From Eledone cirrhosa (lineage: Eukaryota), in NCBI GenBank assembly GCA_964016885.1, contig OZ024743.1:102238001-102302000 (forward strand): a DNA stretch of 64,000 bases. The letters are read 5' to 3'. This document shows, piece by piece, positions 11,465 to 26,220 of this stretch. The notes beneath the pieces are model-generated. The model was given only the letters and a program-made list of their open reading frames with translations. It was not told the origin of the DNA and did not search any database. The position numbers and the translations under genes are program-made. Position 1 is the first letter of the stretch; every line of letters begins with the position of its first letter.

Positions 11465-11850
11465 TATGTACCGCGCTGTTAAACCACTGGGAGTGAAGTA
11501 CCCCTAGCCTTTGTCAGGGCATTCTTCTAGGAGAAGGCAACTCATGAAACTGGGATAACTCCGATATAAAACCTACGGCTCAGTAGTTACCGATGATGTT
11601 GATCTTTTCTTCTTTTCGGGTTATAACTACTATCGCTCAGAGAGTGGGATTGGCTCAGTGCACAGTCTTTCCTCACTTTAAAAAATATCTTCACACACAG
11701 GCATTGCACGATAGAATTAATTAATAATTATTAATAATGGTATATCGTGCAATGGCCATAATCGATAACGAGGGGGCAGCCATCATGTATGTATGTATGT
11801 ATGTATGTATGTATGTATGTATGTATGTATGTATGTATGTATGTATGTAT
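11465..11850 (+). mobile_element. Short non-autonomous RTE-derived element with (ATGT)n tail
   Basis: TCAGGGCATTCTTCTAGGAGAAGGCAACTC...TAAAACC resembles RTE-clade 5' UTRs (recalled similarity); ends in (ATGT)n at about 11785-11850. Confidence 0.45.
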
Positions 11851-12132
11851 ATATATATATAGAGAGAGAGAGAAAGAGAGAGACAAATATATATTATATA
11901 TATATGTATTTAGGGTTCAGTGCTGCCTCATAACATATTTAATAACATATTACATATGTTTTACTATCGATCAGCTCGAGGCAAGACCTATCATAGATCG
12001 AACCTGACTCTGTAATCGAAAGGTCATCAGATATGCTTAGTATATGAATTCGTCTCCGATCTTATGATGCAACACTGAATCCTTGTTCCTTTTCCTTATA
12101 GTATAATATATATATAAATAAATATATATAAG

Positions 12133-12231
<99 letters not shown>

Positions 12232-12385
12232 TTGTGTATAGCTAATTTAAGTCTAGAATTAGCTGTCAAAACAACAACAAGAACTCAGACGTTGTGCTCG
12301 GACTCTTTCTAATATAGTCGGACTCAACTGTCCGAAGTATAGATTACTCTGCTGAATAACAGTTTACTAGTTCAATACTCGTGTA

Positions 12386-12460
<75 letters not shown>

Positions 12461-12661
12461 AATCTAGTACATTGCACAATGTTTTTCTTTTCGAACATAA
12501 ATAGACCAATATACACAGAGTAATTCAGGTGTTTTTCTAACTGCATGCGTTTCACAACTTTATATCAAAGTTTTGGTATATGGAGTAATAAACTTTATAC
12601 ATATAATTTAAAGCTTAAATAATTATTTAAACACACACACACATACACACACACACATACA

Positions 12662-12710
<49 letters not shown>

Positions 12711-13091
12711 GCACGTGTGTGTGTGTGTATGTAAAATAGCTTCACCAACCTGTAATTAGGAAAATGTGGTGAGTACGGCTACACCCCTAATATGACAAAA
12801 AAAAAACAATCAAACAGAAAGCGGTGGATATCAGCCCGGGAGGGATTCCTGAAACAGGTGTGAGAAGGTCCTGCAGTGGATTGGATTAGATATATTTATT
12901 TGCGTAATATATGTACACACACACACATGTATACATACATGCATATATATATATAAATATATATACATATACATATACATATATATATACATACATATAT
13001 ATATATGTACATACACATATATATATACACACATATATATATATATACATGTAATACATGCTCGCACACATACACCCATACATATATATCA

Positions 13092-13143
<52 letters not shown>

Positions 13144-13161
13144 GTGTGTGTGTATATATGT

Positions 13162-13206
<45 letters not shown>

Positions 13207-14424
13207 CTCATCTGTAATCATGTATTCCTATGTTTTCCTATTCTCGGAGGTGTCTTATTTTCATATACTCTGAATCATATAGTTTAATATTTATGTTTAA
13301 ATATTAACAATTCTCCATTTCCTGCTAATTATTTGACTGCTATTTATACAGATTAAAAGATGACAAAATAAACACGAAGTGAGGAATGAAAAAAATTGAA
13401 ATAATTTATACTAAAACTGATTAATCATTATTTTTGATGTGAAATGCAAAAATAATTGAGAGAAGAACGACTATAAATATCTCAATTAATGTGTTATTAA
13501 TCCAATAAGTTATTTAGACACTATGTACATATTCATTATCACACATACTCCTGAAGACAAACGAAAATCATTAACATTTTACGCAAGAGTATCTGCACAC
13601 TCTTACTGACACAAATGTATTGATTATGGAAATAAGCTTGCTGCCTAGTAGGCTGGTTGGATAAATTATTGGATATGCGGCGTGTTTAGTAGTTCGGCTT
13701 AATCTTAATTCTAGAGGAAAATGTAGCATAATAACGATAGAGCAGCTGAAGTGACACAAGTGGCAGGTTTATTAGTCTGATAAGTGTTCCTATTATACTT
13801 AAGTTGGTAGTGGTTGAGACTGTGATTGAAGTGATAGTAATATTGATGACAATATGATGAGCCTAAGTGATATTAGCGCTACTTACAGCGGCAGTAGCAC
13901 TCTCTTAGTAGATAAAGAATACTGATTGTAACAGTGGTGACAATGACGGTAGTGGAAGGAAATGAGTCGAGTTTGAATTTTGTAAGAACTAGCAACAATT
14001 TCATTGTGAAGAAATTAGGCTTTTGCGAATGCGCACGATACAAGAGAGTTAAGATAGACGGCTGCATAGTAAAAGCAGGAAGAAAGAAGAAATAACCTGA
14101 AAAAGAAAGAATAATCGATGCTGTGTTGTAAGGGAAGTGTGGTGACTGCCACGTGATTGTATGTGACGTCAATCGATTGCTGACGTAATACGAATGTGCT
14201 TAGATATAGTCGCTTATAGCCCCTCACTTATACAGAAACGAGAGGGAAGAGTAACTACCAGTTGTAAAAAAATGTATTACTCATCTCTACATACAGATCT
14301 TACAACAACCCCAATAACAACTCTACAAACACGCACACGCACATGCATTAATATGTGTTCTAAAGTCTAAAGTCTAAAGTTCTGCTTTTATGGTATCACG
14401 CCAGTTGATATGAACACCAAGTGG

Positions 14425-14730
14425 ACGGAACATGGCTCTGTGGTTAACAGTTGTCTGCACAATCATTAGGTTCCGGGTTCGATTCCATTACGTGGTATCT
14501 TAGGCAAATGTTATTTACTACACAGCCTTAGGTCACCCCAAACGTAATGAGTGAAATTATGTAGGTGGAAAGTGTTTAGACGCCTATCAGAGGCACTGTA
14601 CATGTAATTCAGAACCAACTGTATGTTGAGGAATGTCCAGCCACTTACATGTTATTCCAGGAGTAGACCTCTCCTTCGATCGGAGAAACGGAATGTTCAT
14701 CACTGAAACCGATGGGAGACCATTCCATTC
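14425..14730 (+). mobile_element. Old tRNA-derived CORE-type SINE
   Basis: A-box TGGCTCTGTGG, B-box GGTTCGATTCC, then CTTAGGCAAATG (CCTTGGGCAAG-like core). Confidence 0.55.
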
Positions 14731-15049
14731 CAAACAAATACCACATCAACTCATTTTCAACCCCTTGTAAATAGTTCTCTGGCAATTTTAACTCCCATAC
14801 ACTCACTTAATAGCCATTTATGACTTATTTGTTTACTCTAATTAACATTGCATTACTTTTAGTTTTTATTTTACAATTCGTCTTTGGAAATATGTAAAAG
14901 GTTACAAAGTAAGTGAACAGCTTAAATTAGCCGCAATAATGAACTGTAAAAATATAAAATAAAAGAATCTGAAAACTACTTTTGTGTTTGTTCTTCGTCA
15001 GATGTGCTGAGAATGAGAAATTATGTCAATCTTCAGTGAAGACACGTAT

Positions 15050-15350
15050 CTTAGGGGTTAAGGTATTCAGCTCAAGATCGTAAAGTTGTGAGCCAGATTC
15101 ACGCCGGTCTGCGGTGTTTATGAAAGAGTCATATTATTTCACTTTGCTCCAGTCTATAACCTAACAAAACAAGTAATGCTTGTAATTAAATGGGAAAGCA
15201 TTGACACAACTGTGTCAATTCTTAAGAATTACGTTACAAGTCACACGTCTGTAGAATTCTCAGCCACTTGCACGTTAATTTCAGGAGCAGTCTGCTCCGT
15301 TGTTTGAATAACTGGAACTCTCGTCGTAGGAAACTACCGATGTCCAACAC
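15050..15350 (+). mobile_element. Old SINE copy (second family)
   Basis: Shares TCAGCCACTTGCACGTTAATT..GAGCAG..TGCTCCGTT with 14600-14720, 16700-16790 and, inverted, 26060-26220. Confidence 0.5.
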
Positions 15351-16544
15351 ACACGTATATTAAACTTCAATAAATATCTATTTTAATTTAGATATTTATG
15401 AAACATTTAGGATATTAGATATTTTTTCCTTTACTCTTTAATTCACTGATTTCAGTCAATAGAGTATCTCCGTGGTAAAGCATCGGGTTTAGGGTATAGT
15501 CGAATATATGAGTTACTTACTTCTATACATATAATTACAGTTTTAATTTTAGACCAAATGTTGGGAAAATTGTGATGTAGATTTACTTAGGCTTTTAAGT
15601 AAGTGTATGGGAGTTATCGTGTGTCTTAAGAACTTAAATATTTAGCAATACTAAGTTATATTGACAAGGAACTATTTTTAAGAGGTGGAAAATGATATGC
15701 TATGGGATTTCTTCCGATATTTTCCTATCGAGATTTTCCTATCGAAGATTCTTTCTCGGGATGGCGTATATACATTTATAATGTTGATATGAATTTTTAC
15801 TTAGCATGTATACTATACGTTTACCGAAATCATTAGCTTCATAAGTGAAATGAATTCACATAAAAAAGGAATTGATGCTACGAAATTAAATAAATCTTGA
15901 AATCGATCACAAATAGATATGTTGCAAGGAATGAAACAGTAATAACATTGATATTAAGATTACATTTTCATTATGAGATTCATTTTTTGATAACCCGTTA
16001 ACTTCCAATAGAACGAAGGAATAGTTTGTTGTTAGCTTCCTCTTTCCAAAGTGTCTTTAAAAACATGAATTTAATAATATTTCTAGGATTAAAACTTGCT
16101 AGAAAAGGAGTTCAAACATTGCGGTACTGAATAGAATTACAATATAATATAGCTAATGAATGTCAATAATTACTGAAGTATTATTAGAAGAAACATAAGA
16201 TTTCTAGGAGAACAGCAGATCGAACATAATTACAACGCTTAAAGTCAATATTGAAAGCTTCATTCATTCTTTAATGTCAAGCATATTGGACAATAATTCT
16301 AACATAACATGTGGTGTACGTATAGATATCTGTATACTACTTCATAATACATGCGTACACACGAACATAATGTACCAGATTATAGAAATATTACAACCAG
16401 CCAACAAGCGGCTCAGGATATTCAACGCCTAACGGACATTGGGACACCACTTTAATTCTTAGGGTTGGCAAAGATCAAATAAATATGATAGTATGCATCA
16501 ACAAAAAAAAAGGCATCCTAGATTGCAATAACTTGTCCTTGATT

Positions 16545-16800
16545 TTGTGTTTAGGGTGTACTGCTCAAGAACGTACGCTCGTGAGTTCGACTCTTAGTGG
16601 CATTGTGTGTCCTTGGGCAAGATACTCCAGTGTATTCATATGGAAAAAATGAGTTGTATCTGTGATTCAATGGGCCAGACGTGTCAAATATTATGTCATG
16701 CTGATTCTCACTAAGAGATGCGTTAAGAATGCTCGTGTCTGTGGAATATTTTAATCTATTCCGTTGTTCGAACAAATTAGCGCTCATGTTGTTAATTAGT
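16545..16800 (+). mobile_element. Old tRNA-derived CORE-type SINE
   Basis: GAGTTCGACTC B-box followed by GTGTCCTTGGGCAAGATACT. Confidence 0.5.
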
Positions 16801-17914
16801 TTCGATAAGTTGTGCACTAAATAAAAAAAGTATGTGATAAATATGCATGTGTATATAAAGTACATAAGGAACCGAAACTGAGTATATAAAATTACACATT
16901 GACAATTTTGACATGTAAACATTTCAAACATTTAAATTAAAAATATCTTAGATCGATTTTCAATCCTTTTTGTATTCACATCAGAAGCTATGTATATCAT
17001 TTAAACTATTACAGGAAAATACATATCTGAGGTGGATATATAGCCTACCACATATAATAATATATTGGAATATATGTACTAATTGGTATATTATTTACGA
17101 TCCTGTTATCAGTTAATTTTGATATATATTAAGTTGCGGGCGAAGCAACCGATGTATACAATGAATCTATGTCGGTACAAAAGTCACCAGGATTCCATAA
17201 ATGTGTATAGACATTTACAGACTGAAAATATAGATATGCAAACGTGCCAAATATGCATATTTCCCTGTACATTGAAAAAAATGAAGAATGACTTCAATCG
17301 ATTTGTCGTATACTTCGGCTGTAGAGCGCACAACTCATAAATGTATAAGAATATCTAATCGTAGGAATCTTTCATATTTACATGAAGTAATTCAATATCG
17401 AAAAGAATATTTTTTTTTTAACTTGGTTGGCATTTGTGTAAAAATGTATTGTGAATATCTAGAATGTGCAATTTTCTCTAATGTGTTTGCGGATCCTTTC
17501 ATATCGGGAAAGTAAATGTGATTTATATCAATATCTATCTATGAATGACAAGTCGTTATTGATTTAAACAGACAAAATATCGCGGTTCAAATGTTGAATG
17601 TCCTAGCTGAAAATCTAGTAGAACATGCTAGATCCATTTATTTATGCAGGAAACAACGATGGATCCTGTAGATGAATGCTCGAAATAGCAGCTTAAATTC
17701 CACTTAATTCACAAACTAACATTTGAAAAAGAGTAACATTAGATAAAGAAGAACGAGTATATTGTATCTAAAAAAAAATTGAAATTGTCATTGCATGAAT
17801 ACTAGTGATCAGAATAAGAGGGGTACGTATTTGAACAAAATAAAAAAAAGCAGAATATAACACCAGTGTCATTTGTTTTCGTGCACTGGTAAGTTTATTA
17901 AGTCGAATTTTTTC

Positions 17915-18120
17915 TTTCTGGGATTTGTACAAGGCCAATAATTTGGGGGAAGGGAAAAGTCAATTATATCGACCCTAATACTTAACATTATTTTATCGAC
18001 TCTGGGCAGTTAAAAGGAAAAGTTGACCTCAGTAGGATTTGAACTCAAAACGGAGAAAGTTGTAACTAAATACCTCAAAGTATTTTGCTCGACATTATAG
18101 CGACACTGTCAATCCATTAC
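17915..18120 (-). mobile_element. Diverged copy of the main SINE superfamily
   Basis: ACAAGGCC...TTTATCGAC...AAAGTTGACCTCAGTAGGATTTGAACTCA. Confidence 0.7.
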
Positions 18121-18244
18121 CTTATCAAATAGAAAATCTTGACGCCGCCCCACATTTTGAAGGCTCCTTAATGGGTGACACAAGTCTCTCTTAAAACGTT
18201 GCTTTGGAATACTAATATTTACATATTTGATATGTTCGTGATGT

Positions 18245-18911
18245 TATCTATATATCTAAAACATGTCTGTCTGTCTGTATGTCTGTCTGTCTGTCTGTAT
18301 GTCTGTCAGTGTGACTCCCTAAAACTCGAGAACCAGACAACGGAGTTTTTTCAAACTTTACACATGTAATACTTATGGTCCTGTGAGTGTTTTGAGTAAA
18401 AGGAATTCAAATGTTCAATGCCCTAGGGACCGCATTAGGCGATTTAGCGATCACTATCTATAATTCTTAGTCCTTCTTTTTAGATAGATACATAGATATA
18501 ATGTTGCGCCCTTATAATATATGTCTGTATGTCTGCCTGTCTGCATTACGACATTATGACGCTGTGTGTGTGTGTATGTATATGTATATATAGTGTATAT
18601 ATATATACATACATATATATATATATAGTGTAAAACGTTTCTAGAAATATTTACTTCTGCGTTCACAGATTGATTTTATTAGTTTCAGAAAATCCCGTTA
18701 AGGGTGAAAGCAGCGATTCTTTGCTTAAACTATAATCTGTTATTTTAATATATATATATAATTATATATTCGTGTACAGATATTTTTGCATACACAATAA
18801 CAAAATATAAACAAAGGTATTTATTTCACGAGGCTCGATAAGGATAAATATATATCAAATATATAAGGACCCTAGAGAAAATCACGAGCAACGCCAGGCC
18901 ATTCTGGTAGT
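18245..18911 (+). mobile_element. Non-autonomous Helitron/Helentron (HINE/DINE-1-like) element
   Basis: Starts TATCTATATATCTAAAA followed by (GTCT)n; ends CGAGCAACGCCAGG...TGGTAGT (hairpin + CTAGT-like end); same layout as 53607-54700. Confidence 0.6.
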
Positions 18912-19204
18912 TTGTTCTAAACAAAGGCTTGGATAAAAACGCGTGCGTTGGAAAAGATATTTATGTTTTTTACTCATCAGAAGTAACGTTGCACATAAAA
19001 TGAAAGAATTCATATTCGTTAAGTTATCTGGTTTTTCCATAGAAGAATGCTTTGTACTTCGAACCACAAATGATTAAATATCTATGTAACCGTAACTGCT
19101 GATGAATTCTGCGTGTGTTGGATATTTCAAACCTGGTTTGAACATAATCGATTTCTACCGGAAAACGAGAAGGGGAGAGAAATAGGGAGAGTGAGAGAGA
19201 GAAG

Positions 19205-19238
<34 letters not shown>

Positions 19239-20273
19239 TTGGGAGAGGGAGAGAGAGAGAAGAAATTGACCTCAATACTTAACTGGTATAGGAATAATCA
19301 ACCGCGTGGAACGAGCATGTGCGTACACTGTGTAGCCTTCTATCCAACTTTCTAATGACTCTAGTAATCCAATAAAATACACATTAAACACACTACTAGA
19401 ATGGATATAATAATCCATAACAAATTAAGGCTCCAGAGGAGCCGCTGTCTAATAATTCAATCTAATTCATTATAGGAAAATAATGAAAAAAAATCTATGT
19501 CATTTTATTTATTCGTTTTGAAATATGAACGTAAGCATCCTGTATTAGTGATCGGAATATATGAATTAAAAATAACCGACAATAGAAACATAGTTTGAAA
19601 TATTTCACTTATTATATATTTCATATATTAGTTTTGTCATTTTTCATGTTTTCAAATGCGTAGTTCGTTTGTGTCGATGCATTAGCTGAAAATACAAAGG
19701 AAAATATTTTTGAATATTGCTATATGTCAAAATGGAAAAAGAATTATGCTGTAAGTAATATTATTTATAGGCACGTCAACAGTGAAAATGAAGTATTTAC
19801 CTGCTACATAGAAACTATTCTGTCAGAAGCATTCTAGAAATATAGAATAAATGGAAATAACAGATGTTTTCTAAACTATATATTCATCTTTGATGTTCAA
19901 TAACGATCAAATGAAATGACATATTTTGATGTGTTAAAACGAACTCTTTCTGTGCTTAACAGTTTCCGCAAACAGCGTGTCGATATAAGAGTACGTATAC
20001 CCGTTATGTACTATTGCTAGGAACCTATTTCTGTGCTTGCGTTTATTCGTCAACAATATCATATACTTCTATGAGAATACAGTAACGTTCTTTTAAAAAC
20101 TCATCTTCTACTTAAAGAACATTATCTTTTCTTGGAGAATTTGATGTTTTATATACAGTTGTTACGTAACGGATCCTCAAAATAGAACACATCAATGGAA
20201 TATAGAATATTGACTACGTACTCATAACAGAGACATAATTACACACACTCACGCGCACACACACACATACATG

Positions 20274-20335
<62 letters not shown>

Positions 20336-20502
20336 ACACATAAACCGAAAGACCATTAAAAACAATGCAGAACAATGAAATAATATGTAAGTATATTAGT
20401 TCAAAGATGTATATATCTTTACTGTAATAAAGAAATGAGTGCGGGTATACGTCCAGCATATATTTTTTCTTTCTGTTTGTAAAATCGGTTGGATTATTTT
20501 GA

Positions 20503-20806
20503 ATAAATAATTGTTTCTACTTTTGGCACAAGGCCAGCAATAACCCAGTGTATTACTGGTACTTTTATTTTATCGATCCCATAAGGATGAAAGGCAAAGT
20601 TAACCTCGGCGGGATTTGAACTCAGAATGGCAAGGGACGTAACTCTATGCGCCAACACATGGCGTACGACACTCTACCGATACTGCCAATCCATAAATAA
20701 TTGAATAAATAATTGTTTCTACTTTTTGGCACAAGGCCAGAAATTAACCAGTACATTACTGGTACTTTATTTTATCGACCCCGTAAGGATGAAAGGCAAA
20801 GTTAAC
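20503..20806 (-). mobile_element. Tandem pair of main-family SINEs (one full, one truncated)
   Basis: Two copies, each starting AATAATTGTTTCTACTTTT. Confidence 0.88.
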
Positions 20807-21246
20807 ATAATTTATCTACTAAATTTCGTAACTCTTGATTAAATATATTTAATTGTTTATTTAAAGATTCACGTCTTTAAAATTTTTAAATGTCAACACT
20901 TCCGATCAGCGAACGCTTATATAAACATTCATATATTTCCATCGCTAATTTTCTCCTAATGCAGTTTATATATAATATCGTCTTTTTTAAATGTATCATG
21001 GACTACTTTACTGATTACAGAAGAGAGTGTAACACAGTCTCCCTTAAAATTTTGTGCGTATAGTCAATTACGATTTTATTTGACATATCATATATACATG
21101 AGTAAATATTTGCTTATAATATCAATATCCACACTACACATGCCAGCAGAAAACCACCCGAAGGGTAGTTTTTCTGCTAGTATATATAAATAGAATTTCA
21201 TTTCTCGCCCTAGCACAGGTGATACATAAATATAAGTATGCACACG

Positions 21247-21320
<74 letters not shown>

Positions 21321-21470
21321 TATGTATATATACATACACACACATATATACATATACACATGTACGTATGGGTTATACCGAACATTAATAATAATGTTCA
21401 ATTCGCTTGTGAACAAAAGGCCCGATTTGAAGCTGTGGCGTGACGGTAATATATATATATATATACATAC

Positions 21471-21586
<116 letters not shown>

Positions 21587-21832
21587 GTGATGAGTGTAAA
21601 CGAAGTTGCAGCTGTAAGTAATAGATTCGCATCCGATTGAATTTCGAGACTGTCACGAAGCACGCAATGATAAAGTGATTTATAAATTACTTCTGAGAAT
21701 GAACTCAATACGTTAGGACCTAACGGTTAGGTAATAGTGACATAATGAAAAATACGACGAGAAGCATGTTGCTACATTAATACTACAGACAGATTAAAGA
21801 CGAACCTGGACCTCATCGATAGATATTAATCG

Positions 21833-21950
21833 ATGAGTTCAAATCTCGCCAAGGTTAATTTTGCCTTTCATCCTTACGGGATAGATAAAATAAAGTACCA
21901 GTAATGCACTGGTTAATTGCTGGCCTTGTGCCAATAGTAGAAACAATTAA
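21833..21950 (+). mobile_element. Main-family SINE, 5' truncated
   Basis: GAGTTCAAATC...TTGCCTTTCATCCTTACGGG...GTAGAAACAATT. Confidence 0.85.
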
Positions 21951-22005
21951 TCGATAAATATCTTCGATAGGTTTCTAGGAATTCGTAAGTTACACTACAA
22001 GTTGC

Positions 22006-22069
<64 letters not shown>

Positions 22070-22244
22070 TGGTATGTATATTTAATTTTGATAGTTTGTA
22101 TAATTTTGTATAATTTTGTACATAGATCTGTTGAATATACATGCCAATTCTAACACATATATATCCTAGAAACGATCGTTAAATAATGAACTTTTTTTGT
22201 TTAATATAAGGAACTGTTTCATTGTTTTATTCATTATTTTTTTA

Positions 22245-22304
<60 letters not shown>

Positions 22305-22345
22305 GAATTGGTGCTCTGAAATAGCGATATATATACGAATGTATA

Positions 22346-22531
22346 TATAGTGTATTATGCAATACACTGTATGCTTAATTAAATAGCTTTAAATAGCTTT
22401 AATTAAATAGCTTTATCTCCCCTATTTGCTGAACATTGAAGTAAATTACACTGGCACTACTCTAAAACAATAGCGTAAGGTTTTCGAAATGCTTTTAATT
22501 AAGCATACAGTGCATTGCAAAATACACTATA
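22346..22531. repeat. Element with about 42-bp terminal inverted repeats in TA context
   Basis: TATAGTGTATTATGCAATACACTGTATGCTTAATTAAA ... TTTAATTAAGCATACAGTGCATTGCAAAATACACTATA. Confidence 0.7.
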
Positions 22532-23130
22532 TATATATATATATATATATACAGTCTGCAGATGCTGGCGCGCATCTGATATTATGACATGTAGGAGTCT
22601 CAGACAAATGTTGCCCTACTTCAACTGTGAGTTCCTTTGTTTTCAGCATACTGAGCTTTGTGGTATATTTTGCTGTTGCACCGATAAATTCATATATGCT
22701 TCTAGTGAAAATTTACTCATCTTTGCACATAATGCTTCTGTAGAAGTATTTGCCCTCTTTCTAGGCATGTACGCACACACACACACACTCACACACATAC
22801 ACACACACGTACACACGTACACACACGCACGCCCCCCGCCCCATATATATATATATATATATAGTTAATAAATGAAACAACCAAAACACAGGAAGCAATT
22901 TTACACAGTTATTCACAATTTGAAAATGCAACTGGAGTCTTTTAAGAATATTTATTTACTTTACCGGATTCACAATTGTTATGATTATCAAAACTGAAAC
23001 GAAGAAGAGGGTTTGTGTTTCTCCTGAAGTCTGCCTCGCATCCAACTGGAGTTCGAAAATTCTTTCTGTTTCATACAAAAATTTTAATTTAAAATGCAAT
23101 TTTGTTGGTTGATGACAGTGACGTGATATA

Positions 23131-23204
<74 letters not shown>

Positions 23205-23206
<2 letters not shown>

Positions 23207-23880
23207 TATATGAATGTATGTATAGTATATTTGGAAATATACCGTATGTTTAATTAAACATATTTAGAAGACCATTGGCTATTAGTTTTAAAATAGTGAC
23301 TATGTCACTTACTTATATTTTCGGCAAAAGCCGGGAGAATGGCTGGCAGCTGTTTCTCGCTGCTTGGCCTTTATCAAAGACACGCTCTCACCTGCCGTTG
23401 CCGAAAATTATAGACGCTGGATTGTTATAGAATTCCAGTAATAATCAGGAGCAGATTACACAGAGCGATTGCTTAGTCCAGCAAAAATTAGGTATTAGTG
23501 TTGGTGCTCTGCGATGTATACATGAATGTATGTTCAGTATAGTTGGTAATATACCGTATGTTTAATTAAACACATTTAGAAGACCATTCGCAATTAGTTT
23601 AAAAGTAGTGACTATGTAATCAGCTCCTGATTATTACTGGAATTCTATAAGAATCCAGCTTCTATAATTTTCGTCAAAGGCAGGTGATTGCCTGGGTTTG
23701 ATAAACGCCAAGCAGCGAGAAACAGCTGTCAGCCATTCTCCCAGCTGCTTTTTCTGAAAATATAAGTAAGTGACATAGTCACTACTTTAAAACTAATAGC
23801 GAATTGTCTTCTAAATGTTTTTAACTGAACGTACGGTATATTGCCAAATATACTATACATTCTTTCATATATACATCGCA
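23205..23880. mobile_element. Partial-tandem plus inverted non-coding element (about 310-bp unit) in (TA)n, with hammerhead variant
   Basis: 23210-23305 recurs at 23522-23617; 23615-23880 is the reverse complement of 23205-23460. Confidence 0.75.
23694..23734 (+). ncRNA. Type I hammerhead-like motif with U3:A8 core
   Basis: GGGT-TTGATAA-ACGCCAAGCAGCGA-GAAA-CAGCTG-TC-AGCC; palindromic stem III, GUC site. Confidence 0.55.
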
Positions 23881-24051
23881 ATTTCAAAATATAAATAGTA
23901 ATATATATATATATATATACATATATATATAGTAACTGTGACACTAGAATCCCACTCAGAACATATTACCTAAACATCTCTCTCCATATTATTTACTCAC
24001 TTCAGTCTATATATTTTACTCACCTCAATCCGAATTATCACCTGAAAATAA

Positions 24052-24082
<31 letters not shown>

Positions 24083-24719
24083 CTTTAATTTCTAATTTTT
24101 AATTTCTTAATTGTGTAATTTATAGTTTCTGATATTTGATTTAGGATTTAAATTTTTATTTCCAACTCTCACTCTTAACTTCCAACGTAAAACCATGATA
24201 CCTATACACATATATACATATGCATTTGTCACACGATTAATTACTGACATCTGCACAGAATCCAGGCTGCTCATAAATACTTCCGTTCTCGGTATAACCA
24301 TAAACGATTTGAAGAATCCTTCAGGTGAAACACATATCCTCAAGTATGGCTTTTTTATGAAACTAACTGTAAACGCAAATCGTCATTTAGACAGTTCTCT
24401 ACCAACTTTGGACATAACCTCCCAATTGTATTCACTGCGCGCGCACACACACACACACACACATACACATACACGTATATTCATATGTCAATATACATAC
24501 ATCTAGAAATAGATATATATATATACATATATCTGTTTATATCGATATAAATATGTATAGGTATATGTATATGAATATATATATGCATATATCATATATG
24601 ATTGTATATACATATATTTATATGTATATATTCAATAGAAAAAATATATTCCTACAGACACACACACTCACATGTATATATATATATATATATATATATA
24701 AGTATATAAAATTATATAC

Positions 24720-24761
<42 letters not shown>

Positions 24762-25082
24762 TACATATATATATTTATATATATATTATATATATATATA
24801 CTGTATATATATATATATGTATGTGTGTGTGCGTGTGCGTATGTGTATGTGCGTGTGTATGTGTGTGCATATACGCGTGTGTGTGTGTATGTGTGTGTAT
24901 GCATATATAAGTGTACGTAAGCATCCAACCGCAAAACATATCACCAGTGAATTACATATCTAAATTCATCATCACGTGCTGCAGACTTACATACATGTTC
25001 TTCTTCTTCAGATATCTGTTTAAGTCCCATTGTGAAGTGGAATATATATATGTATATATATAGGCACTCCCCCCACCATTAT

Positions 25083-25175
<93 letters not shown>

Positions 25176-25210
25176 TATATATACAGTTCGGATCTAGCTA
25201 TCAAAACGGC

Positions 25211-25283
25211 CGGAGCCCAGCTGTTGGGTTCCTGAATCTTTTCATACATATTTACGTATGTGTATATATATATATATATATAC

Positions 25284-25362
<79 letters not shown>

Positions 25363-25408
25363 CGTAAATATGTATGAAAAGATTCAGGAACCCGACAGCC
25401 GGGCTCCG
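25211..25408. repeat. Inverted repeat (about 52-bp arms) with a (TA)n tract as centre
   Basis: CGGAGCCCAGCTGTTGGGTTCCTGAATCTTTTCATACATATTTACGTATG-(TA)n-CATACGTAAATATGTATGAAAAGATTCAGGAACCCGACAGCCGGGCTCCG. Confidence 0.85.
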
Positions 25409-26059
25409 TTTTTAATTTGCAAATTTCAACGGATGCCATGTCCGAAAAATCTGACAAAAATGAGGACAGATTTGTTATTGATTTCTTTTTTCCATTGAGA
25501 TGCTGTTATTCATGCTGTTATTGCATTCTTGTCCTACTCCATTGATTTCACGTTTTCTAAACATTTTAATGTAGAAGGATGTACTTATAAGATCTGTGGT
25601 TATATATGTGAGAATATGTTGGTAATGTTACAACGCTTCATAAATTTTCAATTTGAACCGGCTATATGTTCGGAAATATGACATTTTATTTCACAAGTGC
25701 CTCGATTATAAGCCAAAATACACTCAACCAGTTTGAATTGAGATAATGGTCGTTCTGAAGACGTTCATAGGCATTAATTTTTAGCGTTGAACGTATATAT
25801 TCAGTTAAGGTAATATTTTCAGCTAGTGAATTCACCTTCAACTTCGATATTCAGTTAACATATAAAAAGTTTCTTCCACTATATTCCATTATGTTCCATT
25901 GTGATATTTATTTAGAAAACCTCATTACTTATTGCTTAGGTTATTTTATGTGTTCGCCATTTCCTGTTTGGTTTTAAACAACATCTTAAATATGATCCAG
26001 ATTATGTGTCATACTCACTCCGTAATACAATACCATAACATATGTCTACGATTCGACGA

Positions 26060-26220
26060 TGAGTGTTCTTGTTGTTCTGTTAACGGAGCAGCCTACATGC
26101 ACTTAACAAGTGGCTGAGCTTTACATAGACACATATACCCATAACATAATTCCCAAGGGAGATTCAATGTGACACATTATGTGTTAAGGCTGACCCTTTT
26201 AACTTACAGGTACTGTCCTT
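26060..26220 (-). mobile_element. Old SINE fragment (second family)
   Basis: Reverse-complement similarity to 15180-15330. Confidence 0.45.

Noticed and set aside
24200-24400. Possible Penelope GIY-YIG remnant (YFRSRYNHKRF..KNPS)
   Set aside because: Too short and needs frameshifts; would need a profile search.
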